DNA of 64,000 nucleotides from contig OZ059894.1 in the NCBI GenBank assembly GCA_964057225.1, forward strand, positions 10,292,001-10,356,000, in the 5' to 3' direction. This stretch comes from Auanema rhodensis. Its lineage: Eukaryota; Animalia; Nematoda. Shown one piece after another: positions 53,770 through 64,000 of this stretch (its first letter is position 1; every line of letters begins with the position of its first letter). The notes beneath the pieces are model-generated. The model saw only the letters and a list, made by a program, of their open reading frames with translations, was not told the origin of the DNA and ran no database searches. Position numbers and translations under genes: made by a program.

Positions 53770-55959
53770 ATGAATGTAACATCTACATACATGAATGGGT
53801 TTCAGCCTACTGCAGCAGAAGAAGAAGAAGATGATTCCGTTAATGAATATAAATATATTCTGCCAATTATTGTATTTTTCGGTTTATCCGGAAATATTAT
53901 AAGTCTCGTCACTATTTTTCATTCTCGTTTACGTCGCGTGAGTCTTGCTTGCTTGTATGAATCATTCAAAATACATCATTTTGAACATTTTTTAAAAGAC
54001 ATGTGCTTTTTGAATAGTTTTGTTGTTTTTCTGTTTCTGAAAAATCAAAGCTTTTTCATCTTTTGAAGCTTAAAGTTGATCTCTTATTTATTTTCTCATT
54101 TAGGTTAATGCCAATGTATACTTAATAGTTCTAACAACAGCTGACAGTGTATTTCTTCTTGGCTTACTTTTGGTTTGTGTCAAGGTATTCAAATATTCTT
54201 TCCTTTTTTTCCATTTAAGACTAATTTTCATTTACAGGTAGATTGGATCAATTATTGGTATTGTGTAGGATTGGAATATGTTCTTATGACAGCTTCTTAT
54301 GTGTCCAGTTGGGCTACTGCTTTTCTGACCATTGAACGATATCTGGCCATAGCTCATCCGCTAAGGCACGTTCGGGTAGCATCAGATGTTCTCTAAATTT
54401 TTCAATTAAACTCATATTCAGTATGATCATGTTGATCGAGTTAAAATGGTTCTCTACTGGGTTCCTATTCCATTCATTCTCCAATTTTGGCAATTTGTCA
54501 GTCTAGTTCCTAGTACCGATGGAGATATGAGAGCATGCACTCTTACAGAAGCCAGTTATCAAGTTTGCCGACAAGATATAACTCAAGCTTTACTTATTAT
54601 TTTTAGATTATAGCTCAAGCTGTAGATACACTTTTGTGCTATGTAATTCCTTGTTCCGTTATTGTTGTCCTCAATGTTATGGTAGCTTTCAAATTAAGAA
54701 AATCGACTCATTTCGGTTGTGAGGAAATTGCTGCTAAAGAAAATTTGACAAGAAGACAAGGAGGTCATTCATACTCTCAAGTTTTAAAGTTTTAATTTCA
54801 AATTTTTAGGAAATCATTCCAACGGAACATGGGCCACAATTTTATGGGTTATGCCCCTGGTATTTGTTGTTTTAAATACTCCATTCTATGTCATTATGAT
54901 GGTTGAAGTAAGCTCAAATCCAAAAAAACAACCCATACGTTTTTTAATAATTTCCTCCATATTTCCAGGTTATTTTCCAAGTAATTTATGAAAAAGCTGC
55001 CAACCAACTGGACAGATCTCATCTCTTCGTGGTGAGTACACTCATCTCAAGCTTTCTTCATCAATTACTCTTATAATTACTTTTAGATTATATATAATTC
55101 TGCTCACTATATGTATTATTTAAATTCAGCCATTGATGTACTTGTTTATGCTTTCTCCAGGTACTTAATTCCAAGGTTATTCATGTTTGATCTCTGATAT
55201 TTAGTGCAAACTTCCGTAAAACAGCGGTAATTGCTTGGAGACGAATACTATGCCCTGGATATATGGAAAATACAAAAAGCAAAGTAAGTCACAATTTTGA
55301 TTAGAATACCTGGAAAGTTAAAATTATTCAAATATATATAATACATCGTTTCTTGGCTTTTGTTTTTTAGTTATATTAAACTAAAAGACTTTAGCTCTCT
55401 AGAAGTTAAGTTGAATTCATTTTAGCCAACATCGAAGGCTGTTAAACACACCATCTTGCCAACTTCTCGTACTGTTAGTTTATAAACGATATAATAGAGT
55501 TGTTTGTTTTGAATAGAAATTCAATTAGAATATGTTGAAACCTTTGTGATGTTTATCTTTCCTTTTTCCCTTATTTCATCATCTTTTCCAATACAACTTT
55601 TTAATCAACTAATAATCTTTTTAAACTAACCGAATGTTTGTTTACTCATACCTACTACCCCATAGTTTATTTAGTTGATAGATTGGTGAATCTCAATCCT
55701 AATGTTTCAACTCGATTTCATAAAAGAATAGCATCAAAATAAAAAACATTTTCAGGCAGGAATCACAGATCATTCAACCGTTTCGAGAAGCAGTTATCGT
55801 AACGGCCATAACATTGTTGTATCATCATCCAGAAAAGGAAGTCGAGATACAAGACTGGAGCCAGATAAGGAGGCAATTAGTCCATATAATTCCAAACGTT
55901 CATCTGTACTTGTTCCTTTAAATACTCAAGTCACTTATGTTGAAACGACTACTATCTAA
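53770..55959 (+). CDS. Rhodopsin-family (class A) GPCR, neuropeptide-receptor-like
   Basis: ttacag|ATG; N-glycosylation site NVT; TM1 FFGLSGNIISL, TM2 LTTADS, TM3 LTIERYLAIAHPL, TM5 YVIP, TM6 FVVLNTPFY, TM7 YYLNSAIDVLVYAFSSANFR; last exon ends ...ETTTI*. Confidence 0.92.
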
Positions 55960-56808
55960 ATTAGATTATTCTTATAAAAATAATTAATTTCTCATTCATA
56001 TGATTAAGCAATTAAATTAATTGAACACTTAAGCAGACGAAAACTCGAAATACAACCGTTTCGTGCTGTTTTTTTTATCGAATAAGAGCTTTTGCCACTA
56101 TTCCCACGTGCGGTATACGTGTCGCATTAGCATATCGCTTTGCTCTATTGCGTTACCTATTGGTGTGATCTTTCAATTTGAAATAAAATCAATAGAAAAT
56201 TTCTTTTTTATTTATTTCTAAAGATAGCAATGTCTAAGTACAATTATATATAAAACCTTCGATCGTACATATATATGAAACGTCAATCTTCGTTCTTTGT
56301 TAGTTACAACAGCAAAAAGCATTCTAATGACAAACCTATATTATATCTGACTACGTAGATGTTTGAATGATGTCTATTTACAAGTGATATTTCGTAATCA
56401 GCAAATGTAACACCTATATTTTCAAAGTAAAAAAAATATTTTCAACCGGAAAGGAAGTAAAAGCATGGTGATACTATAAATTAAGAAGGATCTAACATAA
56501 TATATCACTAATCGATGGCAACTTTCTTGAAAAAAAAGTAAATATCACTGTCATTTCAACAATTTATTTAAACGTAACAGTTAAACGATCACAAGTTCAC
56601 AATGAGCTATAATTTTCTTTTAGAGAACCCGAAGAAACGGATTATATAACGACATGCGGGACTAAACATAGGTATTACCTATTGAGCAAAATATTAAAAA
56701 GGGAACCGGAATATCTCTATACGCCTCCAAATAACCATTTTTTTGAGCTTATTACATTGATATCTCTTCTGATGACGACTTTATAACTCCATGAGCGTTT
56801 CTTCAGAT

Positions 56809-59800
56809 TTATTTGAATTTACGAGCGTAAATAAGTAACCCGATTCCAGCAACAGAAGCAACCGCTGCAATTGAAGCAGCAAGTCGAACCTATAAGTGTA
56901 AATGTTACAGATGGCAGATGATATGAAATAGAGAATCAAAAGAAAAAAAGGAAACAAGATCCTTACGGTGTCTGGATTATCATCGATCCATTTATTAAGA
57001 CCTCCATTATCTTCCAATTTACTTTTTTCTAAAATTACAGCCTTGGGCGATTCTTTGTTTTCAACATCTTTAGAAGATAATTTGATGTCTTCAGCAGGTT
57101 TAGCAGGCTCATCATGCTCAACCTTGAATAGAACATTAAATAACGGTAAGGTATGACAACAATTAAAACCTTTACATAATCTCCTGGATCGGAATCAGTG
57201 CTAGCTCTGACCTGAGTTGGAACAGATAAAGAGCTTTCGTCAGCAGCGGATGCTGAAGTATCGATAGCATCACTTACAACCTGAAAACAAAAGCAATTAA
57301 AGGAATAAATTATTAAACTACGACCTCTTCAGTGTGCTCTGTGTGATTGTGGACACTAGAATCAGTTGGAAATGAGACATCTGTTGCAGGTTCCTTAACA
57401 AAGAATAAAGTACAGTAATAAAAACAAAAATATACCACGTCATCGGAAGTAGGAATATCAATAAGTGAGGTATCAATAGGAATTCCAGAAGAGAGTGAGT
57501 CAACTAAAAACAAATAACTCTCGGATCAAATACATAAGAGAAAAGCTCACAGTTTTTTAAAGAATTATTCTGTTCTTCCATTTTTTTCTTTTCAGCGGAT
57601 TCGATTTCAGCGGACTAAAAAAATAACTTTAAAACATAGCAAAGATAGTAACAATGAAAAAAAGCGCATGCATAGTGTTGAAGAGAGAGATAATACCTCT
57701 GTTCGAATTTTTTCACAATAACGGGATGCCTTAGAGCGAACAAACATGGTTTGCTTAGGTATGATTTTGTTAGGGGAATTTCCATTTGGAGAACTCATAT
57801 CATTAGTCTAGTACAAACTCAACAACAGCAAGTTTATCTAGTAGTCAGAATGCAGTTCGTTGAGCCCACAGGTTTAAACTAGCAGTCAGAGGTCGAAACA
57901 GAAAGACATATGACACAGAGGGTTTAACATATATATATTCGAACGCATCGTGTACTCAGATGTATTATATATATAAAAAACCTGAGTTTTTCATTTTGAC
58001 AAGGGCAGTGGGTATATGAAATTAAGAGAGAAGAAAAATAAAACTAATACAACTGATTAGAAAGATCAGATGTCCGTCAATGAATATAGAAACAAAGTTT
58101 ATGAAATAAACAATAATTTCAAAATATGAAGAATACTATGATCTGTGAATGAAGAACTCAACGTATAAAAGCTATAAGCAAAGGTCGCCCTTGATTGAGG
58201 GTGATAAGGGGTTTCTCGACTACAGCCTGTGATGAAACACAAAAAACGAAAAGTAAATATAAGAAGAACTGTTGAAGAAAGACGGATAATAAGCAATACT
58301 TGCTGATTGCGGGAGTAATAGAGTTAGATCGATGGAGCACGAAGCATTACAAAACTTCTGCTATCAGTTGAAAGAATGGCTGCTTAGCCTCGCATGCTGA
58401 CGTTTTCAATTGGCTCATATAGCAAGAAAACAACTGACATGTTCAGGTAATCGAAAGCAATAACGTTTTCGCTCGTTTAAAGACTATCATACAACATAAA
58501 AAAACAAGCGAAGACAAGTTGTTATACAGAAATAGCCAAACCTGAACAATAGCCGGTTCTCCGTAAATAACTTCTATCTTTTGGGAATTTGCAAACTCTT
58601 GAATTTGGTCATCAGCTTCTACCAAAATCTAAACATATTAAATATTAGAATAATTATCATTCGAATCTTACATTATCAGGTAATGTTATAATAGAAATTA
58701 TGGGACGCTGAGTTGCTTTTTCAATTAATTTCTTCAGCTGTTCAACAGACGAACCACCAGGAAGTGTAATTCTCTTATAAGTTTCTTTTCCTTCACCAAC
58801 GCTGAACTAAAAGGTTAAACTTTCAAACAAAACATGAAGACTCACCTAGTACGTAATAACAAAAATCTAGTTCTGTTCAAAGAGTCTCTACGCCCATAGG
58901 AATAATAATTTTGCTTGTTGGCAGTTGGTGAACCTGCAAACCAAATCAGTTGTCAGTACAATGAGTTTCAAAGCAAGATTTACTTGGAGCAACAGTATCA
59001 AAAGATGTAGCCTTTCCTATATACGGGAAGATTGGATTTCGAATGTATGAAGGAATAAATCCATTATCACTCTCAGTTGATCCGGAACGAGATCCACTTG
59101 CTGAAAGAAAAATAAAATAAACAAACTTCAGAGAAAAGAAACTTTTATTACCTTCAGGCATTTCTGATACAATGTTATCAGGTCGTAAAATTTCTCTCAA
59201 ACTAGCATAAGACACTGGACATACCTGGTTAACAATTTTAATAATAAATTTAGTATAAAAGATATTTTACGTCATATGCAGTTCTTCCTTTATTATCTTT
59301 AGCGTCTCTATCAAATCCTGCTTCTATGAGAAGGAGGCAAACAGCTTCGTGACCTCTCTTGCTCGCCCAGTGCAGTCCAGTCCTGTAATGTGTGCAGTTT
59401 GTCAAACGGCAATGAAAAAAAGCGATATGTTGCAATCTTAGCAGGATATATAAAAGAAAACAAAACAAAGTAGAAAAAAAGCTCGATACATAAGCTCACA
59501 AAACATGGACACACTACGAAACAATGTCATTTTGCCAGATTATTCTTACGTTAATGAAGATTTCAGATACATTGTAAAGACGGACACAACAGGCGGTCAG
59601 TGGGAGATATCCATAGACACGTAGTAGAAATCATTAGTTACTACGCTAGTCCATAAAGACAAGAACTTAAAAAATGAAGGAAATTTGATCGAACAAGAGG
59701 GTTAATATTGAAACAAAAATTGTTCAAATAGTGTGAATTAGTAGACTACAAGAGGATAAGAGTTGTTAAATACGTTAAAAAGTACTTGAATTACTTTTGA

Positions 59801-59934
59801 ACTTACCATCCATTAATTTTATGTTGAAAGTAAGGATCTACGAATCCAGATCTTAACATACATTCAACTTTCAATTTATCGCCAATCATACATTGCTCTT
59901 GGAAGTCAAGTTGGATTCCATTCGAATTAAACAT
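56809..59934 (-). CDS. ANKRD40: ANKRD40-like protein: ankyrin repeats + ubiquitin-like domain + acidic disordered region + C-terminal tail anchor
   Basis: NGWTGLHWASKRGH ankyrin; FIPSYIRNPIFPYIG matches the ANKRD40 linker motif; ITLPDNILVEADDQIQEF..SQKIEVIY. Six further phase-consistent exons (57808 to 56809) end in VRLAASIAAVASVAGIGLLIYARKFK*. Joining the 3' exons to this gene is inferred from phase. Confidence 0.8.
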
Positions 59935-60263
59935 GCCTCTGAAAATTTAAATTTTAAAATTTTAAATAATATGACAATATTATGAAAATAAATTAAATTT
60001 GAATCATGAAAGCTTTCAAATTTTGCAACCGCTTTTGCCAAAAATGATACTGAAATGAAAAATCTACGTGAGATTACGTGAGTAACATTTTCCATTGCAT
60101 CAAAGAATAGATGCTTCATTGGTGGGTTTAGTCATAGTTGTACTTGTTTTATGCCATCAAAGCTTTTTCTACTATCCCTTTTCTCTGAAACTTCTTCATC
60201 TTATAGGCTGAACTATTCTTGTTAATTAAATTTTAAAATATATCTAAAAAAGTAGCGACAGCA
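59935..60263. promoter_or_regulatory. Short bidirectional promoter between the ANKRD40-like gene and mics-1, with tandem TACGTG elements
   Basis: Divergent ATGs 330 nt apart; TACGTGAG at 60065 and 60075. Confidence 0.5.
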
Positions 60264-62634
60264 ATGGATGTATATGAAGTGGATAAGCCTTCAAATGATG
60301 ACAACAACATTTATTTCAAAAACATTAAAGGTAATTAGATTAATTATTTATGTTGCACCAATGTTTTTTTTTGTTTTTCAATATTGTTTTCAAATTCTAG
60401 TCTACATTGTAATTTTTTTAATTTGTAGAACATCCGAACGATCAAGGGGACGCTCCCCTCGGTTCACTGATTTCTGTTACACTAGAAAAAAATGCCAATG
60501 AGGGTAAGCGTGAATTAATGCAACGATTTTTTATTGGATAGTTAAGGTTTTGGTTTAAATATTGTGGGCGGAACGGACAGTCCTCATATTCTCAGTGATA
60601 ATTCTATATTTATTTCAACTATAAAAAAAGACGGCGTAGCTTTTCAAAGTGGACGCATGAAAGAGGGCGATCGTGTTATATCGGTATATTGTTTATAATT
60701 TATACATTTATTTCACGCATATGTTTTGAAGATTAACGGTTGTTTGCTTCATAATTGCACACACGATGAGGCTGTGAATGCATTTAGAATAGCTGGCGAA
60801 AAAGCCGTTTTAGTTATTGAGTCTGGAGCTGAAGCTAGAATTGTTTCTGTGAGTCTATACACTTAAGTTTTATACGCTTTCTCAGTTTTACTGTTTTTTA
60901 TATTTCCATAAACTGAAACTATCCTGTTATATAAGCATGATTTTATCTGCATGACGTGCTTATGATTCATCTTTCATTATGTCGTTTTCCTCCAGGTTGC
61001 TTGCAAATTAGCTAGTTTTTATTTATCGTAGGGTATATGTGTTTCATGTTTTTGACATAGCCCTATTCACGTGATTAAATCATGCCCACTATTCTCTGTT
61101 CGTTCTTCTGTTTATTGGCCTTGTCTTAAACTCTAATCTGAGAGCTATATTCTAGTCAGTAGAATTTTCGCTGAATTATATAATATCATCAGAATTATTA
61201 AATTTTTTTGTAATATAAAACTAATTTTTATCTTTTTATTATAATGACCAGGTTATTTTATGTTTTTTAAATTCCCCTTTTTCTAAAAGAAGAGCCGAAG
61301 TATATTTCCTTTGTAATTGCATTTCTGGCTTTGTTGACTTTTTGAGATTTCTATTCCGTAAAGAGTTTTTTATCATTTATTTCTATTTTCCACCTTGAAA
61401 CCTGATTGACAATGGCCTCATAAACACATTTTTACTTGTTATCACTGGAAGTTTCTGTATTTTCACGTTGTGTGTTTGATGTCTCATACTGAGATTGTTA
61501 TCTTGAATGCGGGCCCTACACAGCTTTTTTTATACCAAAATATGAAATCATTATCAACATTTAAAATGAGATGATCATATGTTTCTCACTTAAATGTTTC
61601 TTATTCGATTAGCCTTTCACTGTAAGACTAACAAGCTTCTAGTTTTTCTTTTCTTCCACGCCCTCTACTCCATTTTCTTGGAGCCGGTCGCATGTAGTCT
61701 CGCCACATTTCCGCCTCAACGTTTTTTAGCAATGCTGTGTTTTTTGCTCTGATTTCACTCAATCCTGCTCTCTTTTGATATGAAACTTATTTTTTTCTCT
61801 TTCAGAGTATTGCTAAATTTGTGGAGATGCCTTCTGCTATTCTCATTGTATGTATAAAATCTGTTTTATCGGTTATTATAAGTTTGTGTTTAGGATTCCA
61901 ATTCTTTACCATCTTTCACAGCACAAAGTCCTGTTTTAAACTCAATTTTAAACTCATCTGAAAAACTTGTGATCCCTCAAGGTAAGCGGATTTTTTTTTT
62001 ATTTTTGATCATTTACTTGTAAAGAATGGCTGCACGTCATTTATCATATTATAATGGTAAACGTAAATCAACTAGTGTGTTTTTGATTTTTACAATTATT
62101 TCGAACTTTGTTCTTTCTGTCCGTTGAGTCCAACGCTTCCGTTAGATTCATACCGCATCAGAATTTATTTGTTTTACTCTCTTTTCCAAGTGTTCTCACG
62201 GAAGATCTGGTTTGAATTTGGTTTACAAAATGGTGTCTAAACAGAACTTTATCAAAAATATTAGCAGCATTTTAAAAAAATTGTCAAAAATTACGAAATA
62301 TTCTAGAGTGTCATAATGTATATGAGACGATTGTTTTCTTATTGCAGACACTGCTCTTCCCATCACACCTGACATTTCAAAAGACGATGATGCTGAATCT
62401 GTGACATCATATGCTCCATCTACTCATTCAATTATCGATGATGTACCAAGGACACCTAAAAGACCAACAAGCCTCCTTGACTCTAAGAGGTACACAATTC
62501 ATGTTATTGATCACAATTCTATCTTGTTTTCCAGTGTCAATGTTTTGACGGAGGTCCTATATGTATCCATTGGTCTTGGTGTTATTGCTGTCGGAGCTGC
62601 TGTTGTCTATAAGTTTCTTCGTGGGAAACGATAA
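60264..62634 (+). CDS. mics-1: PDZ-domain, tail-anchored mitochondrial outer membrane scaffold (OMP25/SYNJ2BP-like)
   Basis: EGFGLNIVGGTD...IFISTIKKDGVAFQSGRMKEGDRVISING...THDEAVNAFR PDZ domain; C-terminal TM VLYVSIGLGVIAVGAAVVY followed by KFLRGKR*. Confidence 0.88.
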
Positions 62635-63010
62635 AGTTCGGACATATATAGCTGTTACATCACGCTTATTTCCTAGCAAATTTAGTGTGTCATAGGCGTT
62701 AGGTGCATGATATCAGCTAATCCTCAATATTTTTAATTTTTATTTCTTCGTATTCGTTCACCACTACCATATACTCACGGGTAATTTTTCGATATAGCAT
62801 GTGTTTGTTATATGAAATTTAGTTTGTACGATAATAAATATTCTACCATTTCACAATTGTTTATCATATTATGGGGCTTTTTCGACATTTATATTCATCA
62901 TTATAGATAATCTGATATTTGAATACAGCCAGCTTAATAAAAATCAAGTGGAAAATGAAGCTTATCAGTACGTCATTATATTTATTCATTAATTTTACTG
63001 AACCGGTCGA

Positions 63011-64000
63011 ATGGCTGCAACTGATTTTTTTTCCAAAGATGCTGTGGTGAATCATAAATGATATTTGCTATTTATCAAATATATATTTTTATTTTGTTAA
63101 GCCGGGCAAAAACCTTCAATTGGGAGATTTTCAATTCAAAATTGAAAATGAAATCTACTCTGGACCCTTCTCTCAAGTTTATATGGTGTGTTTCAACCAC
63201 TATTGTTCATCTGTGATTCATATTTTGAAGATTTCTATTCCGAAGTCGAAAACTCCATTGGTTCTCAAAATATCAAAGGAAGAGAAGTAATCGCACTTAT
63301 CTAAGGATTACAGATATAATTCTGTTTTTTCCCCAGATTTATGAAAAGAGAAATATTTGTTTTGAAAAGCTTAAAACAAGTTCATGGATTTCCAAAACTT
63401 TATTTTGCGGGACAATTCGATGAATACTCTTTTTCTGTAATGAATTTATTTGGAAAATCATTACAACATTATCTCGATATGTCACCGAAACGAAGGTACA
63501 TATGCTTCCAGTATTAGACGAGCACGTAACATAAGTTGGTTCAAAGGTTTACCATCGGTACAAGCTTACGTATTGCTGTTCAAACTTTGGAGAGATTAAA
63601 GAAGCTTCACGAGTTCGGGGTATTACATAGGTTAGTAAAACAAAAATTCAACTATTGTTCAAGTGTTTCAGAGACATTAAGCCTGATAATTTTGTAGTTG
63701 GATTAACAAAATCCCATATAGTGTATGCTATTGATTTAGGATTTTGCAGACCATTTCGGTATTTTTTCATGCTAAACTTTGAAAAGTTCACTGACAGTTT
63801 CAATTCAGGAACAAAGATAATACCATAAAAGCCCCTAGAAAACGAGGACCTCTCGTTGGAACAGATTTCTATGGCTCACTAGCTGCCAACTTGGCAGATG
63901 ATCAGGCGCCTAAGGATGATTTAGAAAGCTGGTTCTACATGGTGTTGTACATTGCTTCCAGTTCGTAGAAACAATATTAATACCAGGAGTTTAACAACTT
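63011..64000 (+). CDS. CK1/TTBK-like protein kinase (nematode-expanded family), 5' part, runs off the window
   Basis: Exons give IYSGPFSQVY, VLKIS, HGFPKLYFAG, VMNLFGKSL, LHRDIKPDNF, IDLGFCR, VGTDFYGS, KDDLESWFY. Confidence 0.88.

Overview
AT-rich eukaryotic DNA from a nematode, probably a rhabditid (clade V). Introns are very short (about 40-50 nt), and acceptor-like sites sit right before several ATGs, consistent with trans-splicing. Most ORF-track entries are exon fragments or noise, so genes were rebuilt by hand from splice sites and phase. Left to right: ~8.5 kb of largely non-coding DNA; a candidate 51-aa membrane micro-gene; a 14-exon secreted protein fusing nematode polyprotein allergen (NPA/ABA-1) lipid-binding units to laminin-type EGF domains; npa-1 itself (13 units); a candidate 67-aa micro-gene; a SERTA/IER-like gene with a CCAAT/E2F/TATA promoter; a 9.6-kb array of 215/216-bp satellite with higher-order structure; the mitochondrial cluster coq-6, ucp-4 and scpl-4/TIM50; a glutaminyl cyclase; a 9-kb microsatellite-rich spacer; a class A GPCR; an ANKRD40-like gene with an unexpected tail anchor and LIR-like motif, head-to-head with PDZ/tail-anchored mics-1; and the 5' part of a CK1/TTBK-like kinase. 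The two most interesting items are the NPA-laminin-EGF chimera next to npa-1 and the ANKRD40-like candidate organelle-autophagy receptor. No rRNA, tRNA, CRISPR or intact transposon was recognised.
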